From assembly GCF_032444005.1 (NCBI RefSeq), contig NC_091287.1, positions 483,600,001-483,664,000 on the forward strand: a stretch of DNA of 64,000 nt, written 5' to 3'. The stretch is from Ranitomeya imitator (taxonomy: Eukaryota). The translations under genes and the position numbers were made by a program. Positions 40,170 to 52,644 of this stretch are shown piece after piece (position 1 is the first letter of the stretch; the number at the start of each line of letters is the position of its first letter). The notes below the pieces were generated by a model. That model ran no database searches. It was not told the DNA's origin and saw only the letters and a list, made by a program, of their open reading frames with translations.

Positions 40170-41549
40170 ATGGATCTTTCAATAGCGAACTTTAATTTCC
40201 AACTGGAGTTCAGCTTCAAGATTTTCCTTGCCTGTGTTTTTGCTTGGGAGCAAGACCGAAACCGCCAAAGATGGAGAAAGGAGACAGCGTCGGCGTTTTT
40301 GGAGGCACCCCATCATTGAAGTGCGTGAGACCCGCGGAGCATATCATACCCTGTATGCGGAGCTGAATGCCAACCCGGAGAAATTCCAGGATTACACCAG
40401 AATGTCGCAAGATTCTTTCCGTGAATTACTGTCTCGTGTCGAAGGTTCCATACGGCGACAGGACACACGGCTCCGTAGAGCAATTCCACCCGAGGAACGT
40501 CTGTTGGTGACATTACGGTACGTTCCAAAAATAAACCAATGATAGTCAAATTTTGGGGTTATGACATGTATTTTGGGTTGTTTTTTTAAAATTTTTCTTA
40601 TTGAAAAACAACATAAAATAAGAGTCGTTTTATAATGTTTTTTTTGGTTTCTTTTCCTTCTAGATTTCTGGCCACAGGAGAGAGTTTATCTTCCCTGCAC
40701 TTCCAATACCGCCTTGGAATCTCAACCCTGTCCGGAATTGTTGTGGACACCTGTCGTGCGTTATGGAATGTACTCCGTGAGGAGTTTATACCCGTACCCA
40801 CCGTGGACATGTGGCGGGAAATATCCAAAACATTTTTGAACGTGTGTGATTTTCCAAACTGTTTAGGGGCGGTGGATGGGAAGCACATCCGCATTGTTAA
40901 ACCTGCAAGAACCGGATCTGAGTTTTTTAATTATAAAAAATATTTTTCGATAGTGCTCATGGCAATAGCGGATGCGGAGTGTCGCTTCATCGCCGTGGAC
41001 GTTGGAGCTTTTGGCCGTGGCAATGATTCCGAGACCTTCAAGAGCTCTGATATGGGCCGCCGTGTGTATGGCAACAATTTTAATTTCCCACCTCCACAGC
41101 CTCTCCCCAACACTCAAGGGTCACCGCTGCCATTTGTTATGGTTGGGGATGAGGCCTTCCAGATGTGTGAAAATCTCCTGAAGCCATATTCTAGTAGGGA
41201 CTTGGACCATACTCGCAGAATATTCAACTACAGACTGACAAGGGCAAGAAGAACCGTAGAGTGCAGCTTTGGCATTCTGGTTGCAAAATGGCGCATTCTC
41301 GCAACAGCCATCAATCTAAAAGTGGAAACAGTGGACGAGGTGGTCAAAGCCTGTGTGGTTCTACACAATTATATAATGGCTAAGGAGCGACCCCACATTG
41401 AACTTGATGAACCAATTTCACACCCATTGCCTGATTTTCATCATCACCCGATGAGGTCAACTGCAGCCGTTGGTTTTATGCGTGACCAATTTGCGGCCTA
41501 TTTTGTGTCCGATATTGGACGGGTTTCATGGCAGGACAATGTTGTTTAA
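40170..41549 (+). pseudogene. Harbinger DDE transposase (exons 40170-40517, 40664-41549), +1 frameshift at ~40278
   Basis: RFWRHP, AIPPEERLLVTLR|FLATG, GAVDGKHI, VGDEAF, RTVECSFGIL; GT-AG intron in phase. Confidence 0.88.
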
Positions 41550-42427
41550 ATGTCCTGTTGTATGTTAATGTTTACCAAATATTAAATACTGATACCAATT
41601 TTTCAAATTAATAAACTTTTTTGTGTTCACCAGGTCTCCTGTCTTTTTCCTCTCTAAAGGTTGAACAAAGATGGGCAGTAGTAGTATATCATAATTTGTA
41701 ATCCAAAACAAGGAGTGGGTGATAGTTGATGAGGTAATAATTTGATTTTTTTAATCATAATTGACCTCTGTTGCACTCCCTATTTTGGTTTACAAACAAT
41801 GATATAAACACGCATACTTATAATGTAACCAGATTTACATTTCTTTATTGGTAATCTTCTTGACGTCATTGCGTCACGACTGGCACGCTCTCTATTCCCG
41901 TCAAGTCAAGTGTAAGAAATAATGAATTCATGATGAACATAAACATGATCATGAATTCAAAATTTCTTACACCTGCCAAGGCGAGGATAGATAGTTAGCG
42001 TGTGCCAACCATTGTCCCATCAGTTTGACAAACATTGTAACATAATGTGCTATATAGAATATGGTGAATATACAAGTCAGTAATCAACTAAACAGGTCAG
42101 GTGTCTATTTTGACATCTGACCGGTTCAGTTGAGTTCTGAACTTGATTTACACCATTTTCTCTTTGTACAGTGACACTACACCAGTTAAAAATTAAAAAT
42201 AAGAGTATGGAAATAACTACTATTTTTTTGGCCAACTCATATCTGTATACTAAAGAAACACATATAGATGTTGTCTGGTATTTTATACTACTGGAGATAT
42301 GTGTAGGCCAAAAGAATAAAAGTGTGTAAACGCAGTTTATTGGTGTGTATTTAGAGCGGTGAAAGACACAATAAACCAAACATAATTGTTGAAAATAAAC
42401 TTTTTTTTATTGGGGAAAAACACAAAT

Positions 42428-45040
42428 TTATTTTTTTTTACCGCGCCGGGTTGAACCACGCCGGCTTGGGGTTGAGTGCCGTAACTGGGGGGTATTTAGA
42501 ACTGAAGCCTGGCTCACCGTGGAGGAGGCAGAGGTTGCAGGAGAATGGGCAACAAAACTTGAAGGGTCTGGAAGTTCGGGGATGGGGCTTAAAACATGAG
42601 GGGCTTGAGACAAACTGCACGGTTGAGACACATCGGAAGGTGATGGGGGAGGAATAAACAAAGTTTTCTGTTTCTTATGGGTTTTGCCAGTTTTCTGTGT
42701 TTTCCGGGTTGGGGGAAGTCTTTTGGGGCTAGGGTGTAAACTTTGGGTGGGAGACACGTCAGGACCCGGCTCCACAATTTCACAGTCAGTCTCCATTGTG
42801 GAGCGCTCGGCAATCTCTGAGTCCAATGGGGGGAAAGATAAAGTCCCGCCTGGGTCCTGGTGCCTCGTTGGGGGGGGGGGGGAAACAAAAACCCTCCCAG
42901 GGTCCTGGGGCATCGTTGGGGTGGGGGAAACAAATCCCATACCAGCGTCCTGCTGCATTGCTGGTGGGGGGGAACATAAAGCCATGGATGGTTCTTGGTG
43001 CATCGGGGTGGGTCCTGCCCGGAAACGTATGGCTTGGTCATGCATCATGGGGTGCCCGGTGCGATACGCCATGGATGTGTCCTGCTGCATCGGGGGGTTT
43101 CCTGCCCGGAAAGCAACGCCTCGGTCCTGCTGCATCGGGGTTGGTCCGGTCCGATATGCCAGGCCTCGGTCCTCCTGCATCGGGGTGGGTCCGGTCAGAT
43201 ATGCCAGGCCTCTGTCCTGCTGCATCGGGGGTGGGCCGGTCCGATATTGCATGGATGGGTCCTGCTGCATCGGGGGTGGGCCGGTCCGATATTGCATGGA
43301 TTGGTCCTGCTGCATCGGGAGGTTGCCGGGCCGATAAGCCACGCCAGGGTCCTGCGTCATAGAGGTGTCAGCGGAGGAGGTCCAAGCCGGAGCAGCGGTC
43401 GTCACGGTGGTGGCGGTGGGATGTCCAACAGCACTCGTCATCGTGTTGGCGCTGTACTGGAGAACACCTGTTGAGGGAATAGAGGTGGCCGTGCAGTGGT
43501 ATGCAGCAGAGGTAGGAATGGTGTTTACTTCGGACAGTGACGGCACAGTTGGATATGCCGCCACATTACGACTCTGACTCTGCTGTATAGCCTGCCCCAA
43601 AGCAACATTGCAGGCCTGCATCACACTCAGCTGGAGATCAGGGCTAAGGTGTTCCGACATGCTCTGGTGGATTTTATTAAAAAAATGATGAGCTGGCTTC
43701 TGGAGGTCGGCTTTAACTTGATCAAGGCTTTTAGCGACATCCTGGATGCGGCACTGTAACAGGTTATGGGACACATCCATTTTGTCACTTAAAGCCTTGA
43801 TAGCTTCGTGTAAAACCGAGCTCAAGTGCAAAAACTCGGGCATGAGGGACCTATCCGAAGCCCTCTGTCGCTGCCGGGATGAGCCCGCAAAAATGGGTGC
43901 AGCGAAAGAGGACTGCGAAAGGGGAAGACCTGATGGGCCAGCTCCCTGGTCTCCAGTGACTGTGGAAGACCCACCTGGTGCTGCGCTGCTGGATGGCTGG
44001 GACGGGTCCGTGGCTGTCGGCTGAAGGACCGCTCCAGAACCTGTGGCGACAGTCGTGCAGTGTGTGCTGTGAAAAAATAAAACAGAAAATTAATACCAAA
44101 CGATAACAAGACGGTACATCCTATGGAATTAAAAATGACAGATTATGTCAATGCAATACAACTGGAGGCATGTGACAAATACTTACGTTCTCAAGAGAAG
44201 GACCGGTCTCAGGAAGGCCAGCACACGGTGGTACTTGTACAGCCGGTGCCTTGCTCCGGAACCACTAGCTGCACTCTTCTCTGCACGCAGGTCCTTGTTG
44301 AAGCGGTCCTTCATGGAACGCCAACGTGTTCTTACTTTGTCCACTGTGAAATAACAATAAAATATAATGGTCAGAATCAGGACTTTTGGCCATGCTCTCG
44401 TGACTGTGTGTGATGACAGAAACTACGAAAAGTTTCTGTCATCACACACAGTCAAGAGAGCATGGCCAAGGTCTGTTTCTTCACACTATCGTGCAATACT
44501 TACCAAATGCATTACGGACCCGTGGCGTTGAATTCTCCCAGCCATCCCACAACGCTTGGGCCACCTCACTCCACAAACGACGGATAACACTATTGACGGA
44601 GTGCTGTTGATCCCGGCTGTCCCACAACGGGACTCGCTCCTGTACCAGAGTGATTAGCAGGTCATTATCGATGTGGTCATCGTCCCGTTGTGAAACCTAA
44701 AATTTAATTAAAAAAAATTAAGTTTGCTCAACCACATTTAAAAAAAAAAAAAAAAAATGAGAAAGGGCAGAAATATGAAAGACAACTTAAATAAGGACAG
44801 TCTGCCTGGTATACATACCCGCTGCCGTCTTCCACCTGGACCTTGACTCCGCTGCTCCGTACCTCTCTGTCCCTCAGTTGAAGTGCTCTATAGAATAAAA
44901 AAAATATAATTGCCTCATGTGTCGATGTGACAGTCAATACTTACCAAGCTGACGGAACAAAAAATTACCTCGCTCACGTGATCCACTTCTGATTGCCGTG
45001 GCTGGAATTCATCATCAGACGAAGAAACCGGAGAAGACAT
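42428..45040 (-). CDS. Harbinger MADF/Myb-SANT-like DNA-binding protein, 5 coding exons (45040-44969, 44887-44819, 44696-44504, 44343-44187, 44066-42428), 709 aa
   Basis: All junctions GT-AG and in phase; LLITLVQERVPLWD...LWSEVA...VRTRWRSMKDRF MADF signature; basic C-terminus RRGKKK. Confidence 0.85.
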
Positions 45041-45659
45041 TCTGATGCGTGTTGAAAGAAAAACATTGAAAAAATTAGGACATGTAGATCCAAAAAATTG
45101 AAGAATAATGCATTGGCAAGGATATACTCACATTGCTCTGTGTCTTGTCCAACAATGCGTCCGGGCAGGGTGCTGTCTTCCTTGGAGTCTGATGAGAAGT
45201 GACCAGAAACTTCCCCCAGCCTTCCTTTTATAACCCTTCAGCTATGGGGGAGCCTTATCAGTGTCTAGACAACCTTATCTTAACTATGGTTCCAAAAAAA
45301 AACGCATGCGTCAAAAAAACGCATGCGTAAAAAAAAACGCATGCAAACGCATGTCCAAAAAAACGCATGCGTCTCCATTGACTCCAATGCAATTTTTTTC
45401 CAAAAAAAAACGCATGTGAACGCATGCGTTTTTTTGGAAAAAAAAAACGCTTAGCAAAATACTACATGTTGCATTTTAGAAAGTGAACGCATGCAGTTAA
45501 AAAACGCATGCGTTCAAAAACGCGGACAAACGCGGACATCAAAAAACGCACGCGTTTTTAATGTTAAATATAGGGGAAAAAACGCATGCGTTTTTTTTTA
45601 TAAAAACGCATGCGTTCAAAAACGCTAGTGTGAAACCAGTCTTAGCTTAAACGCATGGG

Positions 45660-46220
45660 GGTTGCTTGCTTGTTAAACGGCCTCAAGACACGTGGGGATT
45701 CCCCAACAGCTGCAAATCATGCAGCCGAAGGGTCTCAATCTACGAGCTCGCCCGCATAACACGTTCTCCAAGCATGTTTGCACATCACTAGTGGCAAGTT
45801 CTCCTTCAATGGAAGTCGGTAGTGACATCTATCTGAGATGGTTTAGTGCATCCTGCATTGAGCAGGTTGTTGGACATGATGCGCTCTAAGATTTCATGGT
45901 GATAGTTGTGGATGAATGGCACAACAATGGGCCTCAGGACCTTGTAACGGTATCTCTGCATTCAAAATGGCATAAATAAAATGCACAAGTGTTTGGTGTC
46001 TATAACATGCTCCACCAATTCACAACGTTGGCATCCGCAAACCGCTTACCCACACAACGCCTTACACGCAATCTGCCGTGTACAGTGACAACCAGGATTC
46101 ATCCCTGAAGAGAACACCTCTCCAACATGCCAGACGCCATCGAATGTGAGCATTTGCCCACTCAAGTCAATTACAATGACAAACTGCAGTCAGGTGAAGA
46201 CCCCGATTTCCCTGAGATAG
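45660..46220 (-). mobile_element. Tc1-like transposase relic
   Basis: LEWANAHIRWRLACWRGVLFRDES-like motif with stops and frameshifts. Confidence 0.7.
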
Positions 46221-46501
46221 TTTGACAGTTTGTCCAGGGTCACACTTGTGAGTTCAATGCGAGAAACTCACGTGAGTCTCTCGCATCAAGTCCCGACACT
46301 GCCGCCGGCACTTGGGACCGGAGTGTGCGGCTGCATGTATTTCTATGCAGCTAAACGCTCCGGTCCCGAGTGCCGGCGGCAGTGCTGTTATTGTGGCCAG
46401 CTTAAGGTCCACCTGAGTAATAATCGTGTCTAATCAGCAACTGGATATGCCACACCTATGAGGTGGATGGATTATCTCAGCAGAGGAGAAGAGCTCACTA
46501 A

Positions 46502-46952
46502 AGGTACCGTCACACTCAGCGACGTTGCAGCGATATAGACAACGAGCCGACCTAAACTAGATCACTGGAGCGTCGCTGTTTAGGTCGCTGTAGAGACGTC
46601 AAACACAGCAGCACCAGAACGATGCAGGAGCGATCCAGTGACGTAACGGCGACTCACTTCTTGTTCTCGCTGGTTGTTAGCTCCATGTCAAACAGCCGGA
46701 GTGTACCGATCCGACACACATCTAGGGGCCCTATGCTCGTTGCTGGCATCGTTGCTTTTGATGTCAAACATGACGATACACGCCGACCTGGCAACAAAAT
46801 AAAGTTCTGGACTTCTAGCTCCGACCAGCGATGGCACAGCGGGATCCAGATCGCTGCTGCGTGTCAAACACAACGAGATCGCTATCCAGGACGCTGCAAC
46901 GTCACAGATTGTTGTCGTTCTCTTTGCAAAGTTGCTGAGTGTGACGGTACCT
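46502..46952. mobile_element. Harbinger-type MITE (same TIR family as 33048-33786)
   Basis: TIR AGGTACCGTCACAC, TAA TSD. Confidence 0.88.
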
Positions 46953-47085
46953 TAACAGATTAGGTGAAGTGCTCACTAACACAGATTAGGTGAAGAGCTC
47001 ACTAACACAGATTAGGAGAAGAGCTCACTAATACAGATTAGGAGCAGAGCTCACTAGCACAGATTAGGAGAAGAGATCACTAATA

Positions 47086-47392
47086 GTGATGAGTGAATAT
47101 ACTCGGTACTCGAGATTTCTCGAACATGCTCGGGGGTCCTCCAAGTATTTTTTAGTGTTCGGAGATTTAGTTTTTATTGCTGCAGCTGAATGATTTACAT
47201 CTGTTAGCCAGCAAAAGTAAATGTGGGGATTCCCTAGCAACAAGGCAACCCCCACATGTACTTATGCTGGCTGACAGATGTAAATCATTCAGCTGCGGCG
47301 CTAAAAACTAAAACTCCGGTCACTAAAAAATACTCGAAGGACGCCCAAGCATGCTCGCGAAATCTCAAGTAACAAGTATATTCGCTCATCAC
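47086..47392. mobile_element. TA-flanked MITE (TIR GTGATGAG(T/C)GAATATAC)
   Basis: Terminal inverted repeats with TA on both sides. Confidence 0.75.
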
Positions 47393-47838
47393 TACTCACT
47401 AACAGATTAGGAGAAAAGCTCACTAACATAGATTTAGACAAATTTGTGAATAATATTTCAGAGAAAAAGGTCTGTTGTGTACATAGAAAAATTCTTAGAT
47501 CTGGAGTTCCTATTTTTGTTCAGTGTATAGAATATCATTTTTTTTATTAAGTATTCACAGCAGACATTTCTACACCAAAAAAATTGCCTCTTGGTGTGAA
47601 AAAAGGCTGTGTACAATACAGCCACTTTTTTAGTGTGTTTTTTTTCTCTCATTTAGTTGAAAAAACATTGAAAGAATTGACATGCTGAAGATTGAAACTG
47701 CTTCAAATCTGCAAGGAAAAAATAAACGGTATGAGATTTTAGAAATTGTATTCACTTTTCCGCTACTGAAATACCCTGCCTTTTTTTGTCACCTGAGTGT
47801 GGTCCGATATCCGCAAACACAGAGGATGGAGAAATTAA

Positions 47839-48166
47839 AGGGACACTGTCACCTGAATTTGGAGGGAACAACCTTCAGACATGGAGGCGGGGTTTTTGTG
47901 TTTTTGATTCACCCTTTCCTTACCCGCTGGCTGCATGCTGGCTGCAATATTGGATTGAAGTTCATTCTCTGTCCTCCATAGTACACGCCTGCGCTAGGCA
48001 AGATTGCCTTGTGCAGGCGTGTACTATGGAGGACAGAGAATGAACTTCAATCCAATATTGCAGCCAGCATGCAGCCAGCGGGTAAGGAAAGGGTGAATCA
48101 AAAACACAAAAACCCCGCCTCCATGTCTGAAGATTGTTCCCTCCAAATTCAGGTGACAGTGTCCCT
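47839..48166. mobile_element. TTAA-flanked palindromic MITE (T2/Kolobok-like); relatives at 23312-23507 and 53485-53812
   Basis: TTAA|AGGGACACTGTCACCTG...CAGGTGACAGTGTCCCT|TTAA; the whole element is a near-perfect hairpin. Confidence 0.85.
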
Positions 48167-48527
48167 TTAAGCTCTTTGTCTTCTCAGCACCCATGCTGCT
48201 ATTCTCTCATGAGAGAATCGGATCACACTAAGGTGAGCGCTCTGACAGTTTGATCCGAGTGACATTAGCATAATCGTATGTATTCTCTCACATGAGAAAA
48301 TGTACGCTTATACTGATGAAAAAATGCACCTGCCATGTACATCCTCATGAATGAGGCCACTGCCATAAAACAATGCCTACGCAGAGAAGTAAATGGAAAA
48401 GTTAGGCTGGGGCTTTATAAATGATTATTGCCCCAAGTCCTAAACTATTAAAAGTATCTACACCAGAAAACTTACCGGAGTACAGCAATAAATCGATCCA
48501 TTAACTAATCGAAAAATGACTCTCTAC

Positions 48528-50314
48528 CTAGAGGTGTGGAGGAGTGAAGCGAACCCTTCTAAACTTTGATGTGCCCTGGCCTAGGTGTGGAGGAGTGAAG
48601 CGAACCGTTCTAAACCTTGATGTGCCCTGGCCTAGGTGTGGATGAGTGAAGCGAACCGTTCTAAACCTTGATGTGCCCTGGCCTAGGTGTGGATGAGTGA
48701 AGCGAACCGTTCTAAACCTTGATGTGCCCTGGCCTAGGTGTGGAGGAGTGAAGCGAACCGTTCTAAACCTTGATGTGCCCTGGCCTAGGTGTTGATGAGT
48801 GAAGCGAACCGTTCTAAACCTTGATGTGCCCTGGCCTAGGTGTGGATGAGTGAAGCGAACCGTTCTAAACCTTGATGTGCCCTGGCCTAGGTGTGGATGA
48901 GTGAAGCGAACCGTTCTAAACCTTGATGTACACTGGCCTAGGTGTCGATGAGTGAAGGGCATTATTATAAACCTTGATGTGCCCTGGCCTAGGTGTGGAT
49001 GAGTGAAGCGAACCGTTCTAAACCTTGATGTGCCCTGGCCTAGGTGTGGATGAGTGAAGCGAACCGTTCTAAACCTTGATGTGCCCTGGCCTAGGTGTGG
49101 ATGAGTGAAGCGAACCGTTCTAAACCTTGATGTGCCCTGGCCTAGGTGTGGATGAGTGAAGCGAACCGTTCTAAACCTTGATGTACACTGGCCTAGGTGT
49201 CGATGAGTGAAGGGCATTATTATAAACCTTGATGTGCCCTGGCCTAGGTGTGGATGAGTGAAGCGAACCGTTCTAAACCTTGATGTGCCCTGGCCTAGGT
49301 GTGGATGAGTGAAGCGAACCGTTCTAAACCTTGATGTGCCCTGGCCTAGGTGTGGATGAGTGAAGCGAACCGTTCTAAACCTTGATGTGCCCTGGCCTAG
49401 GTGTGGATGAGTGAAGTGAACCGTTCTAAACCTTGATGTGCCCTGGCCTAGGTGTGGATGAGTGAAGCGAACCGTTCTAAACCTTGATGTACCCTGGCCT
49501 AGGTGTCGATGAGTGAAGGGCATTATTATAAACCTTGATGTGCCCTGGCCTAGGTGTGGATGAGTGAAGCGAACCGTTCTAAACCTTGATGTGCCCTGGC
49601 CTAGGTGTGGATGAGTGAAGCGAACCGTTCTAAACCTTGATGTGCCCTGGCCTAGGTGTGGATGAGTGAAGCGAACCGTTCTAAACCTTGATGTGCCCTG
49701 GCCTAGGTGTGGATGAGTGAAGCGAACCGTTCTAAACCTTGATGTGCCCTGGCCTAGGTGTGGATGAGTGAAGCGAACCGTTCTAAACCTTGATGTACCC
49801 TGGCCCAGGTGTCGATGAGTGAAGGGCATTATTATAAACCTTGATGTGCCCTGGCCTAGGTGTGGATGAGTGAAGCGAACCGTTCTAAACCTTGATGTGC
49901 CCTGGCCTAGGTGTGGATGAGTGAAGCAAACCGTTATAAACCTTGATGTACCCTGGCCTAGGTGTCGATGAGTGAAGGGCATTATTATAAACCTTGATGT
50001 GCCCTGGCCTAGGTGTGGAGGAGTGAAGCGCATTATTATAAACCTTGATGTGCCCTGGCCTAGGTGTAGAGGAGTGAAGCGCACCATTATAAACCTTGAT
50101 GTGCCCTGGCCTAGGTGTAGAGGAGTGAAGCGCACCATTATAAACCTTGATGTGCCCTGGCCTAGGTGTGGATGAGTGAAGCGCACCATTATAAACCTTG
50201 ATGTGCCCTGGCCTAGGTGTGGATGAGTGAAGCGAACCGTTCTAAACCATGGTGTGCCCTGGCCTAGGTGTGGAGGAGTGAAGAGCACCATTATAAACCT
50301 TGATGTGCCCTGGC
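48528..50314 (-). repeat. 51-bp minisatellite x35, one frame open for 587+ aa ((RFRTVRFTHPHLGQGTS)n)
   Basis: Directly visible units; ORF 50291-48528. Confidence 0.97.
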
Positions 50315-50593
50315 CTATAATATAACAGTGAAGGAAGTGTTAAAGACATGGATGGTTCTCATTTTTCTTTCCATTATTACAAACATATGAGCTATTGGAG
50401 TAAGCTGAATATCATAGGTATGACATCCAATGTATTAGCCTGAGAGCACGTTCATGGCTTCAGCAAAGTGGTCACAGGAGACTCTTGACATGCCTAAGGC
50501 TTCAGCTACAGTTTTATTTATTTTATAGGAGTTTAATTCAGACAATTTTTTTCTCTTTTCACAGGGAAAAAGACTTATAGTATGCCCATGACT

Positions 50594-50722
50594 TCATTTA
50601 AGATTACAGTGGTCCAATAGCATGGCCATGGTGTGTGCCAACGTGATGTTGAGCTTCTGTACTGGAGATGTGAGTCCTCTTATTGCTTCTTCAAGAACGC
50701 ACTTGGGGTCGGCTACTTTCAA
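50594..50722 (-). CDS. MORN3: MORN3-like gene exon 5 (terminal)
   Basis: poly-T...aaaag| LKVADPKCVLEEAIRGLTSPVQKLNITLAHTMAMLLDHCNLK*; resembles MORN3 VKILDPDGVLAEAL; AATAAA on - strand at 50518-50513; total 258 aa. Confidence 0.82.
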   Translation of the reverse strand: MKVADPKCVLEEAIRGLTSPVQKLNITLAHTMAMLLDHCNLK

Positions 50723-51477
50723 CTTTTTAGGAAAAAAAAAAAGAAATTGACTGCAATTACAATATATAGTCTCTTCTCAGCAACAATTTATACTCTTGGT
50801 GCCTGATTCATTATTGCATTGGTGCCTTCTTTTTATCCAGCTTTTGGTGTTATTCATTTGCCCCTTATTTTTATTTGATATGTGCCTTTCATTAATCCTT
50901 TAGCAACCGCTGATACACTTTATAACGGCGGCTGCTAACGGTGCTTATTCTCTAACGGCGATTGGAAATAAGGCTGTAGCTCCTGCCAGAATCGGAAAAT
51001 CTTCTGGGTCTTGGCTACCGGGGGTAGCTTAGATCCCGCAGAACATGAACAGGGCCAGATTTTCCGGCGATCACAAAATGAAAAGTGTCCCCGCTGTTTC
51101 AATGATTTCTCCCTCTTCTGATTTACATGTCAGAGGAGAGAGAAATGATCCCCCCCGAGATCCCCCGGTACTTACGCCATCCCTGGGCTCTCTTGATCCG
51201 TCCCCTGGCCCGGCGTCATTTTCCTGGAAAAAAAGTGGCATGCCCAGTGCGTCTGCCGAGATCTGCCAGCCGGAACCTGGCAACAATAGGAAATTTTTCC
51301 TATTGGTTCCTTTCGATCACTGTGATAGACCCTATCACAGTGATAAAAAAATAGCAAATCAAATTCCCCTTTGTCACCCCCTTAGTTATATAAAAATTGT
51401 AACTGAACTGTCGGCCAGTCCGAGCATCATGATACGATCGTTGTCCATGTTATATGGCCGTCTGACTGCACCCTTAC

Positions 51478-51662
51478 CTCTGGGATAGGATGCTTTTTGG
51501 TGTCGGGAGCATCCTTCCAGACAGTGTCTTCTAAAGTCCCACACTTGGCAATGTCCATTATCCAATATCCGTCATAGATTTTGCCTGTGTCCATGTAGTA
51601 GAACTTCCCAGGTCCGTGCTTCATTCCATCCTTCCAAGAACCTTCATAGCGGTTCTTGTTGG
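51478..51662 (-). CDS. MORN3: MORN3-like gene exon 4
   Basis: atcag| ANKNRYEGSWKDGMKHGPGKFYYMDTGKIYDGYWIMDIAKCGTLED...PIPE |gtaag; phase 1-0. Confidence 0.92.
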
Positions 51663-52644
51663 CTGATAATATACATGAAACATAGGGGTCAGGCCACACA
51701 AAGCATTTTTTTTTCTATTGCGGCAAAAAAGTGCTACATGGAGATATGCCGTTGCCTTCATCACTACATGTAAAAGGTAAAATCCTAAAGCAAAATAGTG
51801 TTTAATAGCATTGTGCTACATGTGCTCCAGGCCAGGGGTGGACCTATCAACGGCCCAAGAGGTATGGAGGCCACTTCCACCTCTAAAGCAGCAAGATGCT
51901 CCTGTCACAGACACACTATTGGCCCGAATACTGTTTTTGCAGAGGGGCCTTCTTCTGTCTGTGTTCGCTCCTGCTTCTGGCAGGTTTCTTGCCTGTATTT
52001 GTAATCCACACTGAACTACAAGGCCTCATTCTTATGTCAGTTTTTCACGTATGAAAAAAAGGACCGAGGTTCATCAATGATTTTCAGCAGAGTTTAATCC
52101 GATTTTTATCAGTTTTTCTTGTATGTAGGGAAAAAATAAATTTCTCCACTTTCTCCAATAATTTCATAAAAATCGTACATTTTCTACGTATCGAGTGGGC
52201 TTGGCTCCTGAGCGTGCCCCATACATGCAGGACTCCGGCGCAGATGTACATTTATGTCCGTACACGCCAAGGGATTAATAGTGCAAAGTGGGACATTATC
52301 CTGTCTATACAAAGCAGACAGATTATGGGAGAAAGAATGCAAAAAAAGTACTGAAATTGCTATGTTCAAATGCTTCGTCCTTAATGCCCGCTGCATTTGT
52401 GGGGTTAAGTGGCTGAGATCTGAGCTTTTCGTGATCTCTGCTGTTGTTTGTGGAGGTTAAGTATCATTCAGTGGATCATAACGCTTCTGCTTCACAGAAC
52501 AGTGTCCCAGCGATGATCATACACAGACACAAGTGGGCAAAACGATAGGCAGGGTTTCAGTCCAACAGGGCTGGGGCCAATTACATCCCTAAAATCATAA
52601 TTGGACTTGTTGCTGGGAACCTAATTAAAAAAAATATGAATTAC

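Larger units (their letters stand above)
39850..45641. mobile_element. Near-intact autonomous-type PIF/Harbinger transposon (5.8 kb)
   Basis: TIRs GGCTGGTTTCACACTAGCG / CGCTAGTGTGAAACCAGTC; TAA and TTA flanks; convergent transposase and MADF/Myb-like genes. Confidence 0.93.
46480..47432. repeat. ~26-bp minisatellite (CTCACTAACACAGATTAGGAGAAGAG) split by two MITEs
   Basis: Units at 46480-46501, 46953-47084 and 47394-47432. Confidence 0.8.
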
